DNA of 64,000 bases from Octopus vulgaris (GCA_951406725.2 OX597816.1:138260001-138324000); one strand, 5' to 3'; numbered from the stretch's first letter, positions 39,535 to 52,997 are shown. The notes: generated from the sequence alone by a model not told the origin. Numbers and translations: made by a program.

Positions 39535-39568
39535 GCGGTGCCCGTACCCTTTTTGGTCTTATATGTAA

Positions 39569-39655
<87 letters not shown>

Positions 39656-39765
39656 TCAATATAGGGTGGCAAGGAAAATTTTGTAGAATTTTTTTGCCAC
39701 CAGCGGCCCAGTGGGAAAAAATTAAATAGTCATAGACCATTTTTAAGTTCATTCCTTAATTGTTA

Positions 39766-39863
<98 letters not shown>

Positions 39864-40421
39864 TTTACTCTTTTTATTTGTTTCGGTCATTTGACTGCGG
39901 CCATGCTGGAGCACCACCTTTAATCGAAGAAATCGAACCCAGGACTTATTCTTTGTAAGCCTAGTATTTATTCTATTGGTTCTTTTGCCGAACCGCTCAG
40001 TTTAAATTATTCTGAGTTTAAATTACGGCGAGGTCGAATTTGCTTTTCATCCTTTTGGGATCGATAAATTAAGTACCAGTTGCGTACTAGGGTCGATCTC
40101 ATCGACTGGCTACTTCCCCCAAAATTTTGGGCCTTATGCCTAGAAGAGAAAAGTATATTTGAGGGAAATAGGCAAATATGAGAAAGGGGACGTTTCGTAA
40201 TGTTGGAGTTGGTTAGGGAAACAGTGTTTCTTGATTTCGAGGAACAACAAGACTTCCAAACGATCCCCAAACAAATTCTGCCCCTTTCTTGCTCCCTCTC
40301 ACTATAGAAGTTTGTGTGAGTGTGTGTGTATGTGTGTGAAAGAAAGAGAGAAAGAGAGACAGAGAGAGAGAGAAATTGTACGACTGGGTAAGTGGGTATA
40401 TATATATATATATATATATAT

Positions 40422-40993
40422 AGGTAAACAGTAAAAATAATTACAGACATGGACAAGAACATGAAACACCACAGAGACGACACAAGAACCACAGGACGGG
40501 ACATTCGAAGCCCTCAGTCATCAGTCAAGAACCAGATCATCTTAGCAATTTCGGCTGATTAATCTTGAGATTGCTCCGATATGGGCAGCCCGCCAAGGAA
40601 ATCTAAGCCAAGCGCATTAGATCCCCTGGAAGAAAGCTTCGAATGTATACAACACGAGGACGGAAAACGAACGAAGTACACGAACAAAAATACAGAATAC
40701 GTGACACCAATAAGAATACAAAAACGTAAAAACAATAACGGTAAAAATAAAAAATAAACAACAAAACAAAACCAGGACGTAGGACAAGGGTCTTTCGACA
40801 GGACGAGTTGAGTATGGGGCTGGCTTATGAAGTTGTGCCTAATGGCCGCAGGAGACGAACAAATACGTGTTGCTTCGGCGACTGCTGGAACGAAAAGAGC
40901 GCTCAACAGCGGCTAGCGGTCACGTGAGAACAAAAGACAGGAGAAAGGGACAGATGAAAAGAGAGAGAAGGTGGACAAGGGAGGAGAAGAAAG
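40422..40993 (-). mobile_element. Longest copy (~570 bp) of the permuted-hammerhead element, (TA)n on both sides
   Basis: Shares the motif and tail with the 39.1 and 63.3 kb copies; pyrimidine-rich 5' part; no recognisable protein. Confidence 0.8.
40508..40584 (-). ncRNA. Candidate non-circularly permuted hammerhead ribozyme (AUC site)
   Basis: Minus strand GCAAT-C-TCAAGA-TTAAT-CAGCC-GAA-ATTGC-TAAGAT-GATCTGG-T-TCTTGA-CTGATGA-CTGAG-GGCTT. Confidence 0.65.
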
Positions 40994-41024
40994 ATATATA
41001 TATATATATATATATATGCATATT

Positions 41025-41540
41025 CTTTTATTCTTTAATTTGTTTCAGTCATTAGACTGCGGCAACGCTGGAGCACCGCCTTTAGTCGAACAAATCAATC
41101 CCAGGACTTATTCTTCGTAAGCCAAGTACTTATTCTAGGTCACTTTGCCGAATCGCTAAGTTACGGAGACGTAAACACACCAACATCGGCTGTCAAGCGA
41201 AGGTGGGGGGACAAACATAGACACACAAATGCATACTGTATATATACATATATATGTGTGTGTGTATGTATGTATACACATAAATGCATTCACACTTATA
41301 CACACTCTCACACAACACATACATATACATACATATGTACATTCTTTTACTTGTTTCAGTCGTTTGACAACGACCATTCTGGAGTACCACCGTCAAGAGT
41401 TTTTTAGTCGCAGAAATCGCCCCCCCCCCACCATCCCAAATTATTCTTTGTAAGCGTAGTACTTATCCTATCGGTTTTTTGTTTGCCGAACTGCAATGTT
41501 ACGGGCGCGTAAACACACCAACATCGGTTTTCAAGCGATA
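41025..41540 (-). mobile_element. Two SINE B 3' halves
   Basis: TTTCAGTCATTAGACTGCGG... (41043) and TTTCAGTCGTTTGAC... (41354). Confidence 0.8.
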
Positions 41541-41694
41541 TGTATATATATATATATATCTATATACACACACATACACACACATACACACACACATATA
41601 TATATATATGTAGATAGATAGATACTGGAGTAAACACATAAATGTGAAACAAGGTGGAAAAAAAGTACTCAAATACCAGTGGTAGAGTAATATG

Positions 41695-41967
<273 letters not shown>

Positions 41968-41969
41968 TG

Positions 41970-42836
41970 CGAGTGGTACCCAATAGTAACCGGAAACGTT
42001 CTCTATTGGACAAACCCGTTGTAGTTCAGGCTTTCGCCGCTAGAAGCAACTTAATACAAGCCTCAGGCATCTGCCTGCCGACCGGCATTGTTCGATGGAG
42101 TCATACTGCTACGTGGTGCGTCTTTGTTTTGCAGTGCTGAAATTAAGGAACACTATGCTACCGCGAAAATCTGTTTTCTGCTGGGAAAAACGGCGACCAA
42201 AACAGTTCTCATGCTTCAAAAAGCTTACAAGGACGCTGCCGTTTACAAAATACAAGCTTACGAGTAGTTTTTCACTCTTTAGAGATGGTCATTTGTCGCT
42301 TAAAGATCAACCTCGTTCAGGACGATGTCGACCTCCCGAACGAATAAAAACATCACGAAAATTCATGAATTCATCTTGGAGGAACGTCACCAAACAACTG
42401 ACGAACTTACTAATATGACTGGTATGTCCTGATGTTCCTGGCAACGAATTTTGAGCGAGGAACTGCGAAAGAAAGGAGTTGCAACAAAATTTGTGCCTCG
42501 TTTGCTCACGGAAGATCAAAAGCAGTGAAGACTGAATGCGTGTCGTGAACTGAATGAACAGTTGGAAGTTGATCCGGACCTTTTTTTTCGAAGGTCCTCA
42601 ATAGGGACGAAAGCTGATGCATATGTGGAAGAGGTGAAGAAAAAACGTCGGGGCGTTAAAAGGCATCACTTCGCAAGAGTTCCAACACTGCTTCCATTAG
42701 TGCAAGTGGAAAACGCGTCTAAACCGATGCGTTGCTTCAAATAGAGAAAAGTTTGAAGGCGATAAAAGTGTAAACATGTAAATCTAAGTGAATAAAATAA
42801 CATTTCATAATTCTGGTTAATTTTGGGTACTCCTCA
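41970..42836 (+). mobile_element. Internally deleted mariner element with imperfect 26-bp TIRs
   Basis: TIRs CGAGTGGTACCCAATAGTAACCGGAA / TTCTGGTTAATTTTGGGTACTCCTCA; translation LLGKTATKTVLMLQKAY...FRDGHLSLKDQPRSGR (mariner HTH). Confidence 0.85.
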
Positions 42837-42872
42837 TCCATATGCATATGTGCATATATGTCTATATATATG

Positions 42873-42915
<43 letters not shown>

Positions 42916-42989
42916 AATATTAGGGAATAAATCCAAATTTACAGGGAAGAATCAGATTTAGGATTGAATCCAATTTTATAGCAAAATAT

Positions 42990-43140
42990 TATATAATATT
43001 AATTGGAGACAAAACCACTATTTTGCAAATCAAACAAAGAAAGACTTAATCCAATACATAAAAAAATTTAATATAAATTTTTTTATGTATTGGATTAAGT
43101 CTTTCTTTGTTTGATTTGCAAAATAGTGGTTTTGTCTCAA

Positions 43141-43152
<12 letters not shown>
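42990..43152. repeat. Near-perfect ~80-bp-arm hairpin between (TA)n tracts
   Basis: GAGACAAAACCACTATTTTGCAAATCAAACAAAGAAAGACTTAATCCAATACATAAAAAAATTT is mirrored with a ~3-nt loop. Confidence 0.95.
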
Positions 43153-43187
<35 letters not shown>

Positions 43188-43569
43188 TATTATATATCTG
43201 ATAGCCTCATTACACTCACACACATACGTTATCCTCACATAAACACACACTATGCTTGCGCGCACACACCTTACCTAGGTTACTGTTGCCACTCTTGCTA
43301 CACATATCTCCTACCACTTCTTTACTACCGGTCAAATCAACATGTAGAACCGTTAATCCAGAAACGTTTTATTTTTACTCCCCGTTTCTCTCCCCCCCCC
43401 CCGTTTTCTCTAACTTATTCCTTGCTGTAGAACGGCATAGACTGGAACCGTTAAAGACTCTTCCATTTTCCCTGGGCATCAAGCAAATGCATCTTGTTTC
43501 TTGTCTCCTCGGCTGTCTCTATATTTTTTGTTTGTATTCTGTTTTTTTTATACAATTTTGAATATATAT

Positions 43570-44221
43570 ACTCTTTTACACTTTTACATGTTTCAGTCAT
43601 TTGACTGTGGCCATGCTGGAGCTCCGCCTTCAGTCGAGCAAATCGACCTCAGGCCCTATTCTTTGTAAGCCTAGTACTTATTCTATCGCTAAGTTACGGG
43701 GACGTAAACACACCAGCATCGGTTGTCAAGTGATGTTGGGGGCAGCGTGCTAGCGATTCTTATTTCTATATCGCCCACAAGGGGCTACACACAGAGGGGA
43801 CAAACAAGGACAAAGAGATTAAGTCGATTACATCGACTCCAGTGCGTAACTGGTACTGAATTTATCGACCCCGGAAAGAATGAAAGGCAAAATGGACCTC
43901 GACAGGAATTTGAACACAGAACGTAACGGCAAACGAAATACCGCTGAGCATTTCGTCCGGCGCGCTAACGTTTCTGCCAGCTCGCCGCCTTAATAATAAC
44001 TATAATCCTTTCTACTATAGGCACAAGGCCTGGAATTTGAGGGGAGGGGGATAGTTGATCACATCGACCCCAGTACTTGACTGGTACTTAATTTATCAAC
44101 CCCGAAAGGATGAAAGGTAAAGTCGACCGCGGTGGAATTTGAACTAGGAACGTAGCGACGGAAGGAATACCGATAAGCATTTCGCCCGGAATGCTAACCA
44201 TTCTGCCAGCTCGCTGCCTTA
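43570..44221 (-). mobile_element. SINE B 3' half (43570-43742) plus two SINE A copies (43757-43991, 44005-44221)
   Basis: Family motifs; the two A copies carry different tails. Confidence 0.85.
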
Positions 44222-44599
44222 ATCATACATTTAATACTGAGTATGAACCTCTGTATATCGAGGCCTGTAATGAGAAGGGAAAAAATGACAGAGGCAGTGA
44301 GAATAAAGAAGAAACTTATAGTTGCGAGATACATAAAATGAATAAATAAATGTGATGCTTAATGTGGTACTTCAAGGGGAAATCCAAAGAGACGATATTA
44401 GGTGAGCTTGAAGGAAGGCGATATGCTCCAAGATGATGGGTCGATGAATCAGAAAGTTTTTGAAGGGATAACAGCGGAATAAACGAGGTAATATTTATAG
44501 TGTGTCGGTAAGATAATCAGCAATCCAAGCTGAATGACCTTTATTTGGTTGTTTAGGCTATTTCTAAGTTGTCAAAAAAAATGAATAAATAAAAATAAG

Positions 44600-44632
<33 letters not shown>

Positions 44633-44846
44633 AAGAAAAATGCACTCAAATACACACAAGTATACAAACACATATAAGTAAATATATAGATACATTTATA
44701 GATGTATGTATGATTGCATACATAAGTAGAGGACCATTCAGTAAGTTATTAAGTTGCCTGTTAGCTATGATTCTCTGTATTTTTCGCTTTAAATGTTTTG
44801 GGGTATGTGTATGCGCACGCGCGTATGTATATGATTATACGTGTCT

Positions 44847-44923
<77 letters not shown>

Positions 44924-45016
44924 TGTATGGCTGTAACAAACATATTTTGTGTGTGTGTGTGTATATATATATATATGTGTGTGTGTGTAAGCATGTATAT
45001 ATATATGCACACACAC

Positions 45017-45047
<31 letters not shown>

Positions 45048-45832
45048 TACATTATATTCTTCTATCCTTCTACATGTTTCAGCCCCAAACATAAAGACGC
45101 ACACACAAACACGCATGCAGACATATAAATATGTATATGTAAAGTACATTTATATGTGTGAATTTTATTAGTTGTATAAGCGAAACCATATCTATGTGTG
45201 GGAGTGCAAATTTCCTCTTGCGTTTGTGAATTTGTCAGCTTACGGAAATGAGAACATACTTGTATATGGGCGAATAATAAGTGACTGAATACGCGTGTAG
45301 ACACAGTAACATATTCTGTATCGGAAACTTCCGTTAAATAACGATTTCTTCTCTCAGTACAAGTACAATTGCTGCAACAACCCCATCAGTGTGTGCGGAC
45401 AGGTAAACAGTTGCAAGTGACAACCATAGAACTGAACAGGCGACGTATAAACGATATCCCGCATAGATCTCAACATATCCCCTGCAGCGATCTTAAGCTT
45501 CATACAGATGTCTCTAACGTATCAATGCGATTAAACAGCGTAAGATTGTTGCAGCACGCTCGCTGGCCTTTGGCCAAAATAAGACATCCTCGTGAAGGTG
45601 GCGCCATACTTACAAATAGAGAATCTGATGTCCTTTGAAAGGATTCTCGGTGTCTTGAGGTAATAAAAAAAAATCAGAACAAAATAGGCTATTCCTGGTA
45701 TAGAAAGTTACATGTTACATCATACTTTTTTCAATGTTAATATATTCAGCATATCTCTTACCTTAAATTACATTAATGTGTGTTTGTGTTTGTGGAAATA
45801 AATATATATGTATATATGTATGTAGATATATA

Positions 45833-46050
45833 CGAGGAAGTGCTGAAAAGTTACTGGCTTTAAGGGTATCGAAAAAGGTCTGGTTGGCGAACCAACCTTC
45901 AGAGTTCTTTTTACAGGGCTTAGAAAAACTGAGAGACCGCTGCAATAAGTGGGTGAATCCGAGAGGGTAATATGTTGAATGCGATCATAATTAACTGATC
46001 CTCCTGTATTTTCTTTTAATCAAAGCCATGAACTTTTCAGCAGCACCGCG
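45833..46050 (+). mobile_element. Mariner-derived MITE
   Basis: TIRs CGAGGAAGTGCTGAAAAGTTACTGGCTTT / AAAGCCATGAACTTTTCAGCAGCACCGCG; internal FFLQGLEKLRDRCNKWVNPRG*YVE is the mariner C-terminus; TA on the left. Confidence 0.8.
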
Positions 46051-46060
46051 TGATGTGTGT

Positions 46061-46142
<82 letters not shown>

Positions 46143-47300
46143 TCTACTTTTTTTTCCATTTGCAAAATATGCAAAAAGACAGTAAAAAATTTGAAAATCT
46201 GCTATAATAATAAAGTTTTCCAGTCTAATTGCCATGACGGTATGATGTTGTGGAGAAAGAAATTGGAGCAAAAAGTTACAGAGGTTTAAAAATCGAAAAA
46301 TACTGTGTATTTATAACCAATAGCGAGACAAGAATTTTCTGCGTTTAGCGGAGCGGAGTCAAGTTTAAGGTTGTACCCTGTGAAATTTATAGTTTAGCGT
46401 CTGTGAAATGACGTCTTCAATGTAGGTTTCTAAATGAATAGAAATACATAATAAAATCACTATGTATCCATCTTACTGTTTCTTTTGTGCCTTCATTGAT
46501 TCTATGTTTTTATTATTTTTTTCAATTTGTAATATTAATATATTTGTCTGCATGTTTTTACTTTATGCGTATTTCAGTATTATGATTACCTGTCATGTAT
46601 TTGTGAAAGTTATTAATATATGTGTGTGCGTGTGTGTGTGAAGATGGGTGTCTGTCTCCAAAACTTCAAAGTTGAGTAACGTTTTAATGCTTGGATTTGT
46701 AAACTACGATAAGAGTAACACTGGTCAAAAAAGAATTTGTCCCAAGAAAAAGAATACCTGTATCTTATATGTTTTTGCATGCAGAATTCAAAAATAATGT
46801 CAAATTATCTGTACTAAGTTCACATATTCCATTCACCTTTATAATGCCAAGAAACTGTATAAACATCGCAAACAACTTTTGCTTTATATAAAAAAATATG
46901 TAAAGCATTTTGACAATTGGCGAAAAATATCTAAAATAAAATTCTAATTGATAAATATGAAGTTTTATTAAAACAAAACATGCGGGTGAAGTAAATCTCG
47001 TGGTGTGAAGAATCAACACAACATGCGGGTGGAACACAACACAATGTGCAGTTGTCATGGTAACAAGCTGTTAATGCTTCACTGTCAGTTATTGGCTAAG
47101 ATTACCCAAATTTCCCAACTTTAATTCCAAATAGCATCAGATTCTTTAATTTTGGAGATAAAGTGATTGGTTGATCGTAATCAAAATCAAGAGTTACTTC
47201 GATACACTAAATTGAAAACAATATGAGCAAAATTAAAGGGGGCTCATTTTGCGAATGTGTGTGTGCGCGCGTGCATGCGTGTGTGTGTGTGTGTGTGTGC

Positions 47301-47346
<46 letters not shown>

Positions 47347-47438
47347 ACATACACACACTCAGCTGTGAGCGTTCCGAAGCAAAATCATTTCATGTACACA
47401 TGTTTTAACATTTACATGTATAGGTTATATATACATAC

Positions 47439-47471
<33 letters not shown>

Positions 47472-47579
47472 TGTATGTATGTGTGTATGTGTGTATGTAT
47501 GTACGTAAGTATGTATGTATGTATGTATGTATGTATGTATGTATGTATGTATGTATGTCATTACTCTTTACTCTTTTTT

Positions 47580-47778
47580 CACTCTTTTACTTATTTCAGT
47601 CATCTGACTGTGGCCATGCTGGAACACTGCCTTTTAGTCAAGCAAATCCACTCACAAGGTTTTAGTCGGCCCGAGTCTATAGTAGAAGACACTTGCCCAA
47701 GGTGACACGCAGTGGGACTGAGCCCAGAACCATGTGGTTCGTAAGCAAGCTACTTACCACACAGCCACTCCTATGCCT
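47580..47778 (-). mobile_element. Internally deleted SINE B
   Basis: Tail fused to head at GCAAATC. Confidence 0.75.
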
Positions 47779-48044
47779 ATTCAGTTTATTTCAATATTTC
47801 TCGCCATAGATCCAAAGTTCCTTCCTTGGAATTTCAACATCAACAACAGGGTATGTATGTATGTATGTATGTATGTATGTATGTATGTATGTATGTATGT
47901 ATGTATGTATGTATGTATGTATGTATGCATGCATGCATGTATGTATGTATGTATGTATGCATGCATGTATGTATGTGCAGATTTGTATGTTTTATGTATG
48001 TATTCTCATGCATAGAGTTGCATATCTAGATATGCTCATATATA

Positions 48045-48519
48045 TTTAAATGATAAACTTCTGTTAAGTTTTACAGATTTTTACAGTTCCAGTGATGGAT
48101 TAGACCTGTAGCCTTCGAATTAGCTTTCCTCTTTCTGGTGTTGAGAAGCCTAATTTCTCAAGAGTGGTATTTATTCAGTGTGTTACATATCCCAGGGTCC
48201 CAATAATTACAGGTATAAACCTGAACTTGTAATCTGGAGAGAGTAAGTGTAGGAATCTCAATAGTTCAGTATAGGTGTTCTCTTTATGTTAACATCCGTT
48301 GGGAAGCTAATTTCTACAACTGTGCACAATTTCTCTTCTCTATTCCAAATCATTATTTCAGGTCAGTTGTGCTTACATTTTATTGAGGTCTTCACTGGTA
48401 CAGTCCACCAGTATTCGCTTTTATTATGGGCGGCTATGGGTTTTACCATTTTGTGGATTTTTATTCCTTTGTCCTTGGTATTATCCTTCCGGACAGATTT
48501 CACTCTAGAGTGTCCCAGC

Positions 48520-48520
<1 letters not shown>
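48045..48520 (-). mobile_element. RLE domain fragment of an R4/Dong-like or related site-specific LINE
   Basis: Minus translation KCKHN*PEIMIWNREEKLCTVVEISFP...KENTYTELL...FIPVIIG.LG (PD..(D/E)xK-type RLE); bounded by (TATG)n and TA repeats. Confidence 0.8.
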
Positions 48521-48550
<30 letters not shown>

Positions 48551-48714
48551 TGTATGTATGTATGTATGTATGTATGTATGTATGTATGTATGTAGGTAGG
48601 TAGGTAGGTAGGTATGTATGTAGGGTAGGTAGGTAGGTAGGTAGGTAGGTAGGTAGGTAGGTATCATGTATGTATGTATATGCACACACACACATATACA
48701 AGCGGGAATTACTG

Positions 48715-48940
48715 AAACTCTTTTACTTGTTTCAGTCATTTGATTGCGGTCATACTGGGGCATTGAATAATTTTTAGTCCACTGAATCGATCCCAGTACT
48801 TATTCTTTTCAAAGCCTAGTACTTATTCTATCGGTTATTTTTGCGAACTCTTAAGTTACGGGTACGTAACCACACCAACACCAGTTGTCAATTTTGGTGG
48901 GGGACAAACACAGACACACACACACACGCACATTCACATG

Positions 48941-48982
<42 letters not shown>

Positions 48983-49484
48983 TATATATATATACAACAC
49001 AGGCTTGTTTCAGTTTCCGTTTATCAAATCCTCTCACAAGGCTGTGGTCAGCCCAAGGATATATTTGAAGATGCTCACTGAAGGTGCCACACAGTGGGAC
49101 TGAACCTGGAACCATGTTGTTAGGAAACAAGCTCCTTATCACTCAGATTTACTAATGCATGTATCAACATTAATGTACAAGCTGTACTCCTATCTGGGTA
49201 AATCGCAACTAGACTATTTCCCAGCTGTAAGATGTGTCAGTGCTTTACTAAGCAGTTCGGCAATATTATATACGAGGAATTAATTACGAAACAGATTAGC
49301 ACAGGTACAGAGGCCTGACACGTAGGCAAATTTCTGTGGCGCTAGTAAGTAGCTTGCTTACCAACCATATGCTTCCGAGTTCATTCCCACTGCGTGGCAC
49401 CGTCAGCAAGTGTCTTTTACTATAGCCTCGAGGCGACCAAAACTTTGTGAGCAGATTTGGTAGACAGAAACTGAAACAAGTCCG

Positions 49485-49490
<6 letters not shown>
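48715..49490. mobile_element. SINE B (-, 48715-49140) and SINE B head (+, 49340-49490)
   Basis: Family B motifs. Confidence 0.8.
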
Positions 49491-49522
<32 letters not shown>

Positions 49523-49597
49523 GAAGAAGAAGAAGAAGAAGAAGAAGAAGAAGAAGAAGAAGAAGAAGAAGAAGAAGAAGAAGAAGAAGAAGAAGAA

Positions 49598-50103
49598 TGC
49601 AGAGTGGCATGATAGCAGTAGGATGTTGGTGGAATCCTCTTAAATGGTCAAGTGACCTAAAAGTGACCCTTTGTGGTTGTAATAGTAGTGATTCAATTGT
49701 TCCGAATAAATTCGCTTTTAATATTTGTGTGGGTTGTATTCTAAGCCCCTTGTAATTGTGTCATTTGTGGTGAACACATTCAAAAGGGGTTTATACTTTG
49801 TGATAAAGTATGACTCTTTATTAAAGCGCTGATGACGGGTTGCATCTTCCCTGAATTAATAGAGGAGAAAAATTCTGAAGCTGGGTTGTTTGTTATTGGC
49901 GCAAATGTCGATGTGTTCGCTGAAATCTATTTTCTGTATTTCCGAATTTTGATCTGAGATCATGTAGAGCCATCCTTTGACGTAGACTGTTTTTGGTTTG
50001 GCCTATGTATTGCTCTCGACACCCAGAACAAGTTAATACATATATCAAGTTCTCGGAAGCACATGTGAAGTTATTTTTCACTGTAAAACTTGCCCCTGCT
50101 TGA
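49598..50103 (-). mobile_element. Penelope-like element C-terminal GIY-YIG endonuclease fragment
   Basis: FTCASENLIYVLTCSGCREQYIGQTKNSLRQRMALH, then after a frameshift EHIDIC...KESYFITKYKPLLN (CCHH, R, E and N motifs of PLE endonucleases); microsatellites on both sides. Confidence 0.9.
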
Positions 50104-50166
50104 GAGATATATACATACATACCTACATACATGCATACATACATACGTACGTACATACATACATAT

Positions 50167-50199
<33 letters not shown>

Positions 50200-50277
50200 T
50201 ATATATATACAGACACACACATATGTATACACACACACATATATAGATATATACATACATTTTTGTGTATATGTATG

Positions 50278-50310
<33 letters not shown>

Positions 50311-51703
50311 ATACATTCATACAGAAACTGAAGTACACATATATTTAAACCAGATTATTTCGTTATACCTAAAGGTTTTGTACGATTGACACAAGATAAG
50401 TCTATTCATTACTGCGCCTGAACAGCTAAAATGGAGTGTTTTAAGGTATGCAAAGTTGTTATGCACTTTTAATTGTTCATGTGGCTGGTGCATTGCTTGG
50501 GCAAATGAGGGGTCACGTGGTTGATATAGTGTCGATGACGTCAATTCACTTGTGTGTGTTTGTGGGGGGTGGGGGGTGTTCGTGTGTTCGTAAGTGTATT
50601 CGCATGCAAATCTCCATGGGTAAACTAAAATGGATTTCATTCGTTGCAAAATAAAAAAAAAGTAAAAAATAAAACGATTGTATTTCATTTTCATTGGTCA
50701 GTAAAGTAGAGAGCGTCTACAATTAGTTGGAAGGAACAGCCTATTGCCTTCCTTATTTCCTGACTGTAGTTATCATCAGATTCTAATCACAGAATAGCAA
50801 AGAAGTCAATAACATTTCAGACAGGTCCTGATCATTAGCACACTATCAGTAGCCACTGTTTAAACTGCACCGGGTCACCATCCATCATTATAGGCCGACA
50901 AGTGCGCCGAAAGAGACTGAGGTGTGTTGTGGTGTTGGAGGTCGAGAAGGAAACGAAATAAATAGACAGCTTTATCAATTTAATTGGCGGTGTAGGGGGA
51001 AATAGAGATGTAGATAGGGTGAGAGGTTGACGGAGAGAAAAGAAAGTAAAAGTAAAAACGGAAAGAAAAAAAAAGAACCCGGCGGGAAATAGAAAAAGAA
51101 AAGACAAAAAATCCTGGAGGTGGTGTTACGTAGGGTAGAAGTATGAGTTGAGAGAAAGAAGTAGAATGGACAGAAATAACAATAATAATAACAACAGTAG
51201 CAGTTTTCGTATAAAATGTATGGTGTTTATATAGATGTGTGTGAATGTGTGTTGGTGTGTGTGTGAGAGAGAGAGAGAGACATAGAGAGAGAGAGTGGAA
51301 GGGGAGTAGAGTAGGTACATTCTAACACAGCTCCACTGTCAGTAATATTGCGTCTAACATTTTAAAATGGCAGCCGTGCGTAATAAAGACAGGAGAGAGA
51401 GACAGAGAGAGAGAGAGACAGTGAGAGAGAAAGAGAGAGAGAGAGACCAAGGGACAGAGTGAGAGAGAGACCAAGAGACAGGGTGAGTGAGAGAGAGAGA
51501 GAGTGATTGAAAGAGATAGGATGAGTTATAAAATTTCTGTTGACGATGATGATAACATTGGTGGTTGTGGTGGTGGTGGTGGTGGTGGTGATGGTGGTGA
51601 GGGGTGGTAATGGAGGTAGTATTGTTGCAGACAACGCTGACAATGATATTGCTCACTCCTTCAAAGAGGTATTTCTGTTAAGAGTGATAAAAGGAATGGA
51701 ATG

Positions 51704-51763
<60 letters not shown>

Positions 51764-51774
51764 TAATAATAACG

Positions 51775-51828
<54 letters not shown>

Positions 51829-52403
51829 TGCAAAGCAGCAAGCAGTGTTGGAATGATGGTTTCTGAAGGACACAGTAATTAGCTATGATGAATGACGATT
51901 TGAGAGCATCTCGACTGACCTCTTTCATGAATCAAATCTATCATGGCGGTAGTTTGTTTTGCTGCTTATCCGCTGCTAGCCTCCTTCTCTAACTTCTTCT
52001 CCTGTCTTATTTCTGTTGTACGGAACTGAAATTTCAACGAATCTGAATCTATTAGTCAAAGTTATTTATTCTCTCTTCGTCTTCAAGTTTTATTCATTTC
52101 TTTATTTCTTTTATTTATTTAATAGCAAGCAAGTGGCTGGTTTTTAAAGACGGTAACCATCCCGGGCGTCTAGTCTCACTTTACAGAATGTGAAACCCCA
52201 GATTGTTGTTGCAGTGGTTTAGTTTTCGGTAATCTTTATGCTTGTAAACCTATCGTGTGTAGGTCGTCGCTTGATCCATCGAGTACTATTTGCAAATCAA
52301 ATGACAGACGTCGCTGCGGAACGGTAGTAGACGAATTCGGCCTGCACCCTTTATCCGGCACTCTTAGCGTGTGCCGACCCTACCGACACGCCGCTCTGAA
52401 TGT

Positions 52404-52650
52404 GGATGCGCGTGGCTTAGTGGTTAGCCTGCTGGACTCATGATCGTAATATTGTAGTTTCGATTCCTGGACCGGGTGACGCGTTGTGTTCTTCAGCAAA
52501 ACACTTCATTTCACGTTGCTTCAGTCCACTCAGCTGGCAAAAATAAGTTAATCCAGCCATGGACCGACGTCCTGTCCAGGTGGGGAATATGTACGCCATG
52601 AAACCGGGAAACCGGCCCTTAAGAGTCAATATGACTCGTGAATGTAACTT
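52404..52650 (+). mobile_element. tRNA-derived SINE (family C)
   Basis: A box TGGCTTAGTGG, B box GTTTCGATTCC, then TGTGTTCTTCAGCAAAACACTT; no acceptor stem. Confidence 0.75.
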
Positions 52651-52997
52651 TACCGTACTTATTTTTATCGCCCTGAATGACATAATCAGAGCACATTTTA
52701 TTTTCAATAATTTTGAGTAAACACTATCTGTGATTTTTTAATGTTTTTTACCCCCATACCTTCGTGGGTTATTCTGAGTAAACACTATCTGAGAGAAATT
52801 TTCTTTAAGTATTAGAAATAGCTAAAAAACTTTTTTGGCTGCTATTTCTAATGAGTTCAGTATGTGGCAAAGTAATTTATTTTACTAAGCCCTTTTATAT
52901 TAATGTAATATTTTGAATTCGCCTTAAATGGTCCTTTTACATACTGAATACTTGGTGAAATTGATTAATAACTAATTAATTTTACCCTCAATTGTTG

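Noticed and set aside
47051-47064. RFX X-box GTTGTCATGGTAAC
   Set aside because: A single motif with no nearby gene start; it may lie inside a repeat.
52714-52791. 17-bp direct repeat TGAGTAAACACTATCTG as the TSD of a tiny insertion (also the 19-bp tandem at ~55572-55614)
   Set aside because: The intervening ~44 bp has no element hallmarks; likely a repair or slippage scar.
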